Assembly: GCA_015680685.1 (NCBI GenBank)
Contig: MNCI01000614.1
Location: forward strand, 118,692-182,691
Source of the DNA: Gnetum montanum
Taxonomy: Eukaryota; Plantae; Gnetophyta
DNA: 64,000 bases
Direction: 5' to 3'
Shown here: in pieces, positions 51,718-64,000 of the stretch
How positions within the stretch are numbered: the first letter of the stretch is position 1
Layout: each line of letters begins with the position of its first letter
The notes under the pieces: model-generated
Told to the model about the DNA's origin: nothing
What the model saw: the letters and a program-made list of their open reading frames with translations, nothing else
Databases searched by the model: none
Position numbers and translations under genes: made by a program

Positions 51718-52806
51718 AGTAAGGACCAAGAACCTAGAAGAGGGGATGAATAAGTTTCCCAATGTGAACAATCAAGACCACCAAACTTGCACATAAATTT
51801 ATGTGGTTTTTCCAACTTGGATATGTCCACACTTGGAGGGTAGAATCCTTTGACACCTATAGACTTTGTTCCTTCAAAATTGTGGTTTAAGGAAATGAAA
51901 ACCTTTACAATGATGTGAGCTCCACATGAAGTGTTTTCTCATTAGAAACACACTCAACCTTGTAAGGTCTCAATAGGCTTACAAGATGCCTTCTTGCAAG
52001 AAGCACATCAACCCCTCAGGGCTACAAAGAGAGAAAAAGAATCAAGAAGAGAACATAACAAATTCATTTCAAATTCCTTGCAATGAATCTTATGATACAA
52101 AATACAAAATACAAAAGATAAAGAATTGAAGAATCATAATAATTTCACTTGATGTAGATAATGAATATTCTAATGAATAGTGCTTGTATATTGCTTTTCT
52201 TTATACCAAGAATTCCACTTTATTTCATAGACTTTTACGTTTCCTTAGAATTCATGCAATAGTTGGAAAATGGCTAGTTGGGATGTCCCATTTGAGCTTG
52301 GGATGTCTAAATGAAAATATCTCTAATGCAGGTGGAATTTCCCACTGAAAATTTGGACATCTCAATTAGGATATCCTAGTTGGAACATCCCTACAATAAT
52401 TAGGACATCTACTATTTATTTGGGATGTTTGTCCTACAACTACACTTTAAACTCTGAGACATTCTTCTAACATTTGAGATATCTTGGTAGATCATGAAAC
52501 ACCTTCTTTTGGCTTGTAGAATTTGTTTTCTAATTGAGATTTTATGTCATCTCAAATTGGCATTTTAGATCTTTTTTTTATCATCCTAGTTCTCATTTTG
52601 TCATCCCAACTCTCATCTTGATAACTTAGCTCTCTTCTTGTCCTGAACTTATCTTGTTACTTTGAAGCTCACAATTGTTCCAAGTTTATCATGCTTTTGG
52701 TTTTGCTTTTGTTCATGCTTTTTTCTTTCCTAGTCCTTCCAAATCATACAAACACACTTTCCACATTCTCCATTTTCTAAGGTTTTGGAATACCAAAAGG
52801 TCAACA
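51718..52806 (-). mobile_element. Second, diverged SIRE-like LTR in opposite orientation
   Basis: Reverse-complement similarity to 50109-51165 at both ends (AGAAGAGGGGATGAATA; CCACACTTGGAGGGTAG; CTCCATTTTCTAAGGTTTTG..AAGGTCAACA). GACATC/GATGTC motif cluster at 52280-52480. Confidence 0.65.
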
Positions 52807-54439
52807 AAAGGGACAACATATAGATCTTTGGTTTAAACTATTTTTTGGGGATTTTTGGCTTCTAGCACTTGATTTATCTCATTGTTATAGTTTCTAGCAC
52901 TAGAAGGAGGGGCTTCCCTTGATTTTTCTACCAAGCCATAATCACCTATTTTTTGCTATTTTTACCATAACAAGATAGCATATTTACTATGTAATTGCAT
53001 GTTTTCAATGCTTTCATTATAACACAATAGCATATAGACCGTGCTGAGAATTTTCCACAACAATGTATTTGCTACATCTTCAGCATATTGATACTAGTGT
53101 GAATACTAATTTCTACTAAAATTACATCTTATTCAACATAAATCTCAGATTATGATGCCCCTAAAACTATTAATATTTATTCTTAATTTACCCTTATTTA
53201 GTATGCCAAAAAGCTAAGGAAATAGTTAAGCTAGTCATGTTACCATAAAATTATGCTAAATTGTATCTTTTACATTTATGCTATATGTTGAATTATCTCC
53301 TTTTACCTTTATGCTACGTGCTACTAGAACCTGCACTATCTTTGTTGAGCCTCTTGACCATGTGGGTCTAGGCCTAGCCTATCTTCATATGACTAGGCAA
53401 ATGTATTAATGTTCTTTTCTAGGACCTTGGTAATGTCTTGAACCTATTGAGGTTGCAGTGAGAAACTTAGTTTTAGTGTTTTCTCCTCACCACTATGTGT
53501 TGTCACAGGAACCTCAACTAGAGAGTCTTCAGTAATGTTACCAACTTCAAGGTCAAGGGTTTTGACTAGGTTTTCAAGCCATTCTAGAGGTTTCTCTATT
53601 AAGACTATGTGGTCAACAAGGATCTCAAGTTTAAGATCTAGGCAATTAGGATCAATACACCATTCAACATCACTGTGGGGCTCACTTAGGCTCAAAGGCA
53701 AGGTGATTTACTTTTAGGTGTCCATACTCCAATCTTGCATGTCAACTATAAGCACATTAAGTGGCACCTAGGAAAAAATAAGTAAATAATGCTAAAATAA
53801 TATAAAATACCTTAGTAAATATGCGAACACATGCTATTTCAATGTTAAACAAAATGAAAACAAGGACAACTAAGGCTATGGAATGAAGGAAATAAGATGG
53901 AATAAAGGCTAAACAAGGTCAAATAAGGTCAAAGAAAGTTGAAACACCATAAAAATATAGTAAACAAGGTCAAATATGGCCAACTAAGGTTACATGTTTG
54001 CTAGTTTAAGGCCTTAGTAGGCCATGTTGCCAATTTAAGGCCTTGGCAGGTCATGGTTACATGGTATCAAACGATGGTCAAGAATGGTCAAACCCCATTA
54101 CTTAACACCAACCAAAGGCTAAACAAGGATCAATAGAGGCTATAATAGAGAAAAAAAAGATAAATTAATGAAACTGAAGTGATGTAGAGGCTAGGTGAGA
54201 TCAAATGATGGTAATGAAGGTCAATAATGCACAGGAAGCCTAAAAACAAGTCAAAAGACCATGAAACAAGGTTAAATCCATCAAAATGAAATACATGTGG
54301 TAAAAATTAATCATTATTGGTCAAATAGGATTAGATTATGCCAATTTCATGCCTTCACAAGCCATGGTATGAGGCTATAGGGTTTCTAGGGGAGTTTGAG
54401 CACTTAAGGAGACCATTTTGTGGCTTTTTTGAGGTAAAA

Positions 54440-57310
54440 TTGGCACTTTTTTCTTGTGACTATGCTAAGCTCTACTAGTGACTACATTGGCATAGCATAG
54501 TCATGCATTCCCAAGCATAGTCAACACTAATGGGTAGTTTCCTAGGCTCAGTATGGTTACTTTCGGGTTCTTAATGGTCCAAAGAGCTAGTGTAGGGGAT
54601 GGGTATTGACAGTTGGCGAGTTTTGGCTTTGTTTTCTACCCTCCAAAAACTAAAATGAATGTTTCCATTGGTGATTATGCTAGGCCAACATAGTCATGGT
54701 AGGCCCCAACATAGTAACATGACATAAGTACATTATTGGGGTTCTAGGATTGGTGTTAGTGCTCTACCAACTTCCTAGGTCAGTGGTGGATCATGGAAGA
54801 ATTGAATTGGCTATTTGGAGGTTGAATTTAGGTAACAGAAGTGGATTTTATGGCATTTCCCATTTGACTACACTGGGCCAACATAGTCCTACATGGTACT
54901 AGTGTAGTCATGACACATTTGATGTTTTTAGGGCTGAAGTAGAGTGAAATTATAGCTAGATGAAGTGGAATAGAGTTTTGGGCTTCCTGAGTAAGTTTTG
55001 GCCACCTTGACTAGTATACCACTAGTTGATGTTGCTACAAAATGGGTTCCTACTATGACTACACTTGTTCAATGTAATCACAAGGCTCGCCAACATAGTC
55101 ATGCTTGAGAAATGAGTTTTGGTGAGTTTCTTTGTCTAATCAACCTTGCTAATGGACTCCCAAGGTTACAAGTGATACTGGTTAGGATTTTAGTGTCAAA
55201 ATTATCAGTTCTGATGACTGCTTGGCTATTGGAAAGGTCAATTAGCTCTTGACTATGCTAGCACAGTGTAGGCATGAAATTCCCAATGTAGTTGACAGGT
55301 TTGGAGTGAAAAATGATCAATTTTAACTCATTTTCCAAGGTTTCATGGTCTTAGCATGCTTCAATAGTGTTCTAGGTCTTTCTGGGAGTCAATTTTGGAT
55401 ATTTCTAGGATGTTTTGGGTTTTTCCAAGTGAGCTATGCTAGGCACTACTAATGACTATGCTGGTCCATCATAGTCATGCAAATTCTAGCATAGTTGGGA
55501 ATTGGAAAATGATAAATGATGTGTTTTAACTTGATTTTCCATGGTTGTGTACCTTGGTAGTCTCTAGCAAAATTTGGAAGGTCAATTTGACTTTTTTAAG
55601 GTCAATCTTGGTAATTTTTGTGTGGACTATGTTGGGCTCTACTGGTGACTATGCTGGCCTAGTGTAGTCAGGCAACTTTCAATGTAGTTGGGGTTGGAAA
55701 ATGGAAAATATTAAGTTTCATGGTCAAATTTGACTTTGGGAGGGTCCCTAGGGTTTCAAAAGCTGAATTTTGAGTTATTTATGCAAATTTTGGCTAATTT
55801 GGAGTGGACTATGCTGGGCATCACCAGTGACTATGTTGGTCCAACATAGTTAAGCAATCCTTAGTATAGTTGGAGTTGGAAAATCTTAAAAATGGAGAAA
55901 GTGATAAGTTTAATTGGGAAGTGGGTTTGATTGGGAAATGAATTGTTTTAAGGTTTGTAGGTCGACTATGCTAAGCACCACTAGTGACTACATTGGCCTA
56001 GCATAGTCACCCTTGTAAAATAAGTTTTGGAATGGGAAATGATGAATTTTAGCGTATATTTATAGTCTAGCATGGTCCTAAGGTCTTTAGAGGTGGATTT
56101 GAGCTTGGAAATGATTTGTTTGAGGTTTTTATGTAGACTACATTGGGCACCACCAGTGACTACACTAGCCCAACATAATCATGTAATTCCTAACATAGTG
56201 ACACATGGAAAATAAATTTTGATGGATTTATGAAGGGTTTTTTCATTGCTTGGTTGATAGTTTAAGATCATTGAGGGTCCTTGGGAGGTGTGGAGGTTCT
56301 AAAATGAAGTTTTGGAGGCTTATCATGGTTTCTATGATCAATCCCATCTACAAACCTTGTGACTACATTGGGCTAGCATAGTCATAGCTTCTCTCTAGAA
56401 TATTCATGGGTTTTGACTATTGTTTACATCATTTGATGAATTTGACCAAGTTTCAAGGTTGCCAGGTGCTCTAGCTAGGGTTTGGAAGGATAACATGGAT
56501 GTTTGGAGTCAATTGGGGGGTGGGTGAGTTAGAAATGATCTATTCCATCCTTAACTATGTTGGGCTAGCATAGTCATGCTAATAATCAAATTTGTGACAA
56601 GGTTTAAAGCTATTCTGATGCTCAATAATTGCCAATCCTAACTCCTAAGTATTGGTTTTAGTTATAGGGATTCATGGGTTAATGATCAATATGAATGGAT
56701 TGCTACAAATTGGGAAATGACCATATATCCCATTTGACTACATTGGGCCAATGTAGTCACATGGGAAACCAAGTTTTCACATGAATCTTAAGGCCTTTTG
56801 CAATTCAATTATCATGAATGTGGACACTTGCTTTCCTAGCTTGCACATGAGGCATTTTAGCATGAGTGAAGGACTAGGGATTGGGCTTTGAAGGTAAATG
56901 GTATGTGGCACTTATCCCAAGGTTCCCATGGTTTAAGCCTTAGCATAGTCAAGCCTGGAAGCCTCAAATCCTAGCACACTCATGGGAATGGCTTATTTTC
57001 TCAATGCTTGGTAGGGCCCAAATGTAATTGCCAATTTTGGAATGTAATAGCTTTCTTTCACCTAGCATAGTCTAACCTTCTAATTTTAGTTACTAGGTGA
57101 AGTGGGAGTTTTGGAAGGAAACCAGGATTCCAAGGTGGACACCTAGGCTTAAGTGGATTTCCTTGTTCCAAATTTGTAAAAATCATTGTTGCTTTCTCAC
57201 TTTCCAACTGCTACACCCAAGTTGCAAGCTTTGTGCCTACCACTACTACCAACCCAAGTGTAGTCATAGTCATTCTAGTCACTAGTGCTAGTGTAGTCAC
57301 CCTAGAACTA
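54440..57310. repeat. Regularly interspaced palindromic motif array (TGACTAYRYT-N4-6-ARYRTAGTCA), about 15 units at ~155-220 bp spacing
   Basis: Unit starts near 54457, 54671, 54864, 55056, 55249, 55431, 55625, 55807, 55963, 56136, 56359, 56552, 56734, 56940 and 57240. Spacers are divergent. Confidence 0.9.
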
Positions 57311-58759
57311 CCAAAATTCAAAGGTTTTCTAGTATTCTCTACACTAGTCTTTTGTAGTATGCTGAGAAGGAAGGCACCTAAAAAGAACCCTATCTTGGAG
57401 GATGTAGATTAGCTATTCATGGCCTGTCACACCTCCCACATCCTAGGATTAGAGAAGGCTCCATGACTATCTATCCTAGCTACACAACCTTACCTATTTT
57501 TCCTACTTTTCCCATCTATTTTATTTATTGGGTTTATTCTAATTATTTAGATCTAGGCTTGTGTATTTCTCAATTTGGAATTTTGTAAAAATTCCACTAT
57601 AGATTTTGGTCATCTTTATTCATTTTTGGTGTTACTTGGATTTTGGGTATTGTTTTCATTGTGGAATAAATGCTATTTCCCATGAATTCCATGGGTATTC
57701 TACTTTCTCCACCTAAAAAGGAAATGCAACTTATGAATTTTTCCTAAATAAACAGTTGATAAATTTTAATTTTTGAGGCTATGGGGTCATATTCTATTAT
57801 TTTCTGATTGATTATATTTTTGAGACACTTGATTTTTCCATACGGTTAATTTTTTATGGCTATTTCCGTTAGGCTGTGTCAAGCAAATTTTCTATTTCTG
57901 GCTCTTTTCTAGTATGACTTTGGTAATTTTTTCATAGTAAAAGGTCATGAACTTTTGAGTTTTATGGTTATGATGTTTAGTTCATTTCTTCATGATTTCA
58001 ATAGTTTGAAATCATTGAGTTTGGATGAATGTTTGTTTTTGGTGAGTGTTTTCATTGACTCACATGAAATGGTATTTTGGTTATGATGGCCATGGTTAGG
58101 TCATTTTTGTAATTTTTTTCTAAAAATCTAGATTAGAATTTTTAATTTTTTCTTATTATGAGATTATAGTTCATGGTTTTACAATTCCAATAGTGGTGGA
58201 GTCATTGAATTTTATTAAGTAGTTAATTATTTATGTATGTTTCTATAAAGATGCACAAAATTAAGGTTTTATGGCTACTATTTAATTATCCCTATGAAGA
58301 TGGGCAATGTTGAGACTTTGGAAAAATTTTTCCATCAATGTCCTATGATCTTGGGGATTGGCTAAGATGTTGGAAAGGGCTTAGAGGTAGTTTGGATTAA
58401 ATTAAAAATTTTTTAACATTTTTCCTCTACTATTTACTATGGCAAGTCCAGTTTTGGTGTTGTTGTTGTTCAATTTTGTTGAATTTTGGTCTATGGACTT
58501 AGGTTGTGTTTCAAAATTTTTCAAAGTATGGAATTTAACATGAAAACTGAAATTTTATTTCTACACTATCACTTTCATGCTTTTAGTTGTGAACTATCAT
58601 TTCTATTAAGTGTGAACTATTTCATTTAGTATTTTGCCTAAGTGTTATTTCCATGTGGGAGTGTTATAAATGTTGAAAAGGTTGGCATGGTAATTGTAAT
58701 ATTTTTGATATTTTAGAATTATTAAGTTTTAATGTTTTTTTACAAGGTTATAATGGCTA

Positions 58760-61700
58760 TGTATTGGATGGTACATGGCCTTCTTGAAGCCCATCCTAGT
58801 TCTTGTAGAGCTAGTGGGTGTCTTGTGCTGCATTTATGTGCCTAGTCCCAACATTCCACCCCCTAACATGGAGTGGGAAAACCATTCATTGTGGATCAAG
58901 CTAGGAGCAAGGAAGTTCTTGATATATCTACTTTAGAACTCTAGTGTGATGATTTGGCCACACTTAGATTTTGAAATAGTAGCAACTATCATGGAAACCA
59001 TTGTGCTCGACTCCTCAAATATGATCATCAAGTTTCTAGTCGATGATCTTGAGGTCCATGCAAAATAAAAAGCACATGAAGACATAACCATTGTAGGAAC
59101 TTGCAAATTATCATAAATTTGGAAGATTTCCAAGTTTAGGTAGTACAACATGGATAACACCTTGCTAGTAGGACATCATGTACATAGCTTATTCCAAAAC
59201 CCCTTGTCATTGTCTACCATACAAAGGGCTATGTGCAATCATTATAGTTTGTGTTTATGATTTATTTGTTATTTTTATTTTGTTATTAAGTTATAACAAT
59301 TTTTGTTGTTTCACTTACCTACAAGTACATGGTAAACAATCAAGGATTGATCAAGTCTGACAACCTTTTATCCTTGGCCCAAATAGTGGTGGGGGTGTTC
59401 ACCAAAAGCCCAGTAATAAGGCTTGAGTTGATGGACTAGTTGAAGGATGAGTTTGATAACTACATAAAATGTCATCCTAAGGCTCACTGAAGGTGCATAG
59501 CCAATGGGACCATTCATGATGGGTGAAAAAATCCATCTCTTGCTACTCAAGTAAACCCATCTCCTAGAGCAACTATAATGCCTTTGTCATATAGGCGAAG
59601 TGAGTATATTGGTTTGTTGATTTTGGTTATCTTTGGTCATCTAGTTATTTAGTTTTTTGGTTACTTAAATGGATATACTAGTTTTGATCAAATTTCGTTA
59701 TATTTATTATATTTTATTTTACATGATGCATCCATGTCAAGACTAATAGGCCATTTTTGTTATGTTGTAGGAGTTGTGCCATTAGTTGAAGTGACTATAA
59801 TCACTTTAGGATGAATTGAGGAGAAATTAACCCTCAAGTTTGGTGAGGTGGAGCCTACCAATGTTGGTTTGTTGATCATGAACCTAAGGCCATTCAGGCA
59901 AGGATCATTCACATAGGCCTACTAGACGTCTTGATGGCCCCAAGCCCCATCATCACCACTATAGAAATGATTAACATCATTGAATCCTTTAGCAAAGGAG
60001 TCAAGAAGTTCATCACCCATGTTCACAATGTGACCATTACCTTGGATGTTAATGAATCCACCTTCAGTGACCTATTTGGTGTTCCCAATGATGATGCAAT
60101 GATCACCACCAAAGTAGGGAAGGAGGTGGATCACTAGAAGGAAGTTGAGGAGTGGTTAAACACTCATTGTGGTAACAAGGGGCTCTCTCTAAGCTAGTTC
60201 CAAGTTTTGGAGGCTAGGAAGATGTATTCCCTATTCCGATACTATGTATTTCCTAAGTTGCTTTTGTAGAGAAAGATAATGAACATTGAGCAAGTGTAGA
60301 CCATGAAGAAGGTCCTAACCAAGGGCTTCCAATTCAATTAGACAAATCATTTGGTTTTTGTGTTATAGAGTGAAACCTAAAGCTCTGAGAAAATCTCACA
60401 ATGAAGTGTCATGTGCATTTCGTGTTCTTTGTAGATTATCTATGGAGGTTTGTGGAGTTCCTCGTAGTAAGGAAGGATGGGTGATGGGTGGTCCAAGATC
60501 CATCTCAACACACCAAGCCTTGGATAAGGCATTTCATTTAGACCAATCATTCCTAGGATCCACTAGAGGATGTGGGTGAATCACTTTCTATTATCACCAA
60601 AGGATTTGATGGAAAATGTTGTGAATCCCTTGATAGCATGTGGAGAGAGCCCCATTTTGAACAAGAAAACATGGAAAAGGCCAAATAGTTGTTTTCCAAA
60701 GCTAAGGATTTAGCTAGAACAAAACTTAAGAGGCCTTTGGTTAATGAGATAGCACCGGTTGTAGAGAAGCCCTTAAAGTGGAGACTGATCATCAAGCTTA
60801 ACTGAGTGCAAGATGGAGTTAAAGGTATGTTCTATTTGTTTTACCATTTTTTTATTTTGAAGTTATATTTTAAGTTATGGTTTTGGTAATGTAGGAAGAA
60901 TGTGTTATGTAAACTAGTTCTACATTTTACAATTGTTATTCTTGGAGGTAAGCAATAGGAGCAGGTGGCCATGGTGACAACAATAGTAGCTGAGGCGAAA
61001 AGAAGGTGTCAAGAAGAGGAATTGCTACAACATCATGAGGATGAGGGTCTATCCCATCCTCTAGTAGATAACTTTGATGCCTTTTTTTAGGATTCACACT
61101 TAGGTGAACCTCTTTCCATCATATTGGAGGGTCTTTTAGGTACTTATTAATTTTGATTTTACATGTTGTGTATATTATTTTTGTTATTTTACATTTAACC
61201 TTAGTTATCAATTTTGATTGCTTACTATGTTTGTTGTAGCTTTAGAACCTAAAGCTGATGCTTCCACCTCCACCTTCCACATGCAACCATGGGTAGATAC
61301 CTTGGATAGGATTGAGTTCATGTAGGGCATAGTGGAAGGCATGATCAACCAATTGCACTAGATAGCTCTTGAAGTTGGTGAGTGTTCTAACCCATTTTAG
61401 CTTTGTTGTTTACATGTATTTAGTTTTTTTATTTATTTTTCTATGCTTATGAATTTTTTTTATTTTTCATTTTTTAGTTGTTTATAGTTTTATGTCTTTA
61501 ATTTTGTTGTTTGTTTGTTTTTGGTTACAATGCCTAAGTTGAGATGAGATCCTAATTGGGCCATAGATATTGATGTGCTACCTACTTTACCTCCTGATGT
61601 AGAAAATGTCCCATGTAAGGTGTACAAGGATGTCACTAGATGTGCACTCTCATGTGCAAAATATTTATGAAAATGTAGAATCTCCAATGAGTTCCTGTGG

Positions 61701-62650
61701 CATTAAGGAAGGAGAATAAGTAGTTGAAAGAGAAGATAAAGGATCTCAAGGATCGTAAGGATTTTGTGGAGGCCCAAGTGACCAACAAGGGCTTCTTGCA
61801 TACCAAAGAAATAACTTAGGCCCACTATTGAAATGCTATTCATGGTAAGGTTTCCCTTGCCCAAGAGGTAGCAAAATAAAAGCTTCAGATTGATTTGATA
61901 AACTACAAGGCTAATGAAAGGACTATTGTGCTTAGGTCCTTGAGTGGGGCCAAGTGCAATGGGATCACAAGAGGTAATACAAGGCTGAGCGGGATGCCTA
62001 CCTCAAGTGGCTATAAGATGAATCTACAAAATGATGCTAATTGAAGTTGTTTATGAAAGGGATCCATGCGGAGGAAGTCTACAAGTTGTTTATAGATAGT
62101 GTGGTCATGACCAACTCCTATATTCATCAAATCACAACTACCTCAAGGGAGGTAACCACCATAACCTTCTCATATGAGCCATCAACTTGGAGTGATGAAA
62201 ATGAGAGCAACATCCTTATCAATGTTAATCTTGATGATGTAGACTAGGCCAACATGATTGAAGACTAGCTCCTCCACAATCTAGAGGTTGATCTTTAAAC
62301 TTTTCCTATAGAATATGCTACTCTAGAACCCTCTCAAGTATGCTTATTTTTAGGTTTCACTATGGTTTATTTTAGTTTAGTTTGGTTTACTAGGTTGTTG
62401 GCTACTTAGTTTATATATTTTTTATCATATATTTATGTTCTAACTTGATTTTTGTTGTATGTTGATTACTAATTGGTCTTGTGTTGTCATGTTATAAGCA
62501 TTAGATGATACTGATGGCCCCAACGATGAAGGTAGAAATGACCTTTCACCTCCTCTTCCAGTTATCCCTAGTACTCCTAGTTATCTATTCTCAGTTATTC
62601 TTGTGGATGATATGCGATGTTGATGTTGTTATGGCTAATGTTAGCCAAAT
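58760..62650 (+). pseudogene. Intron-containing accessory gene(s) antisense to gag-pol (plant-mobile-domain-like region, coiled coil, acidic/Pro-rich tail), decayed
   Basis: Coding-like purine-rich blocks (59770-60823, 60894-61139, 61240-61377, ~61540-62337, 62505-62600) separated by T-rich GT..AG introns (e.g. 60824-60893, 61140-61239, 62338-62504). ORF 59931-60137 reads FITHVHNVTITLDVNESTFSDLFGVP. Confidence 0.55.
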
Positions 62651-64000
62651 ATATAGTTGTGAACCATTTTGTTATTCTTGGTTTATTATTTAAACATTTT
62701 TGCCACACCATGTGGCCATGGCTATTTTGTTGTAAACATTTTAATATTAAGTTTAATTTTTTGTTGGTTATATCATTATAGCATTGCAGTTTTATGCATA
62801 TTATGGTTTTTATGGTTTTATGTTATAACTGTGGTTAAAGGCTATGTTGGCTATGTTGGTTATAATACAATAAACAAGTTGAAACGACTAGGCAATAAGG
62901 CTATAAGCTAAATCATAAAATAAGTTATGACATTGTTTGGCAATTTTAGGTTATGTAGGCCATAGGACTTGCTAGTTTTCAATCATGGCTAGCCCTCATA
63001 TTTTTTCCATTTTAGGGCCTTATTGGATTGTATAATAAAGAAAAACATAAAAATGTTTTTGGGTTTTTTCAAGTTTTAAAATATTTATAGTGATTTTTTT
63101 TATAAATAAAAAAGAAAAGGCTTTAAAAGTAAAAATGCAAAACCAAAGTAAACTTTAAGCTATAATAAAATCTAACTCTAACATAAAGAAAGGGTAAAAT
63201 GTTAACTCGACTAACAGGTTATAAGTACATATGGTTACATGGTCATAGGCACATGGGGTAGGAGGACTAGGGGTATACATCACTTGTGTAGATGTTTTCC
63301 AAATATTTAAGAGATTAGGAAAGGTGTATGGTCTATGTTGCACAAGCTTGTATTCCCCATCCCATTTTCTATTGATGTAAAAGAGGAGCTCTCCACATGA
63401 TGTGTTAACAGGTTCATTGTTATTTATTTTGACATCTTTTTCCACCTCAGGCTCTTCAATTTTGTGGCTAATAGTAAGTGTTTCTTCCTAAAACTCCACT
63501 TCAAGCCCTATTCTACATCAATGTTGTTAACTACTAGAGGGACCACACTATCATCATGAATGATTATTTCACATCCCTTGTAAGGCAAGTGAATTTCTTG
63601 GTGGATATGTGAAGACACAACTCGTAATTGAGCTAGTCAAGGTCTCCCAATGATAAGTTTGAATCCTGGTGTTTCCTCTACCACCAAGACATTTGTTGTT
63701 ATGGGGAATTGTTCTCCTTCCACAAAATCTAGGGAGGTGGAGCCTTTGATAGTAACCCATGATCCATTAAAGGATTTAAGTGTTGAAGTCATTGTATGTT
63801 GCATTTGTGCTATTAGGCCCAAATGCTCAATGATGGTATAAGATATAGCATTCATTGTTGCCCCATCATCAACATGCATCCTATGAACTTTATATTATCC
63901 AACCCATATAGTTATGAAGATGGGTGCATTGGTTACCTTCCTATTTTGGGAGTCTATCTTGATTTCGCTATCATGAAACACTAGTGATGTTGATCTCACT

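Larger units (their letters stand above)
53501..64000 (-). mobile_element. Large Tat/Ogre-like gypsy element (partial): protease region, antisense accessory gene, probable long 3' LTR ~53501-57343
   Basis: Minus-strand protease VDDGATMNAI..FKLIIGRP (63637-63879) and a GPY/F-like RKWDGEYKLV (~63350). TGTCAC at 53501 and TCTACA at 57343 are candidate LTR ends. CTATAAAT (minus strand) at ~56060. LTR limits are inferred because no second LTR is in the window. Confidence 0.55.

Noticed and set aside
54440-57310. True CRISPR array
   Set aside because: Eukaryotic TE context, no cas genes, degenerate repeats, and spacers of ~130-170 bp that share composition. Only the architecture is similar.

Overview
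AT-rich, strongly CpG/CHG-depleted eukaryotic DNA, almost certainly a repeat-rich land-plant nuclear genome, with four assembly gaps. I can support no intact protein-coding gene. The window is a nest of decayed retroelements. It holds L1-type LINE fragments, an RTE fragment, tRNA-derived SINE-like repeats and two Ty1/copia elements, one of them structurally complete at 33333-38421. It also holds two TSD-flanked Athila-like Ty3/gypsy elements: 12438-21973 is full length, and 41774-48836 is a gag-PR-only deletion derivative. Several solo or nested LTRs, SIRE-like LTRs and a large Tat/Ogre-like element (53.5 kb to the end) complete the set. The only host gene recognised is a pseudogene of organellar histidyl-tRNA synthetase, with six exon remnants from about 28.8 to 49.3 kb. 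The most unusual feature is a ~2.9 kb array of palindromic TGACTACGCT-N-AGCGTAGTCA motifs spaced about 190 bp apart with divergent spacers. It lies next to an antisense, intron-containing accessory gene in the same element, which is a candidate motif-array plus trans-factor system. Also notable are family-specific CpG motif arrays in nearly every LTR and a covarying U5 stem-loop/pseudoknot in the Athila-like LTRs. All family assignments come from motif recognition by eye; no searches were run.
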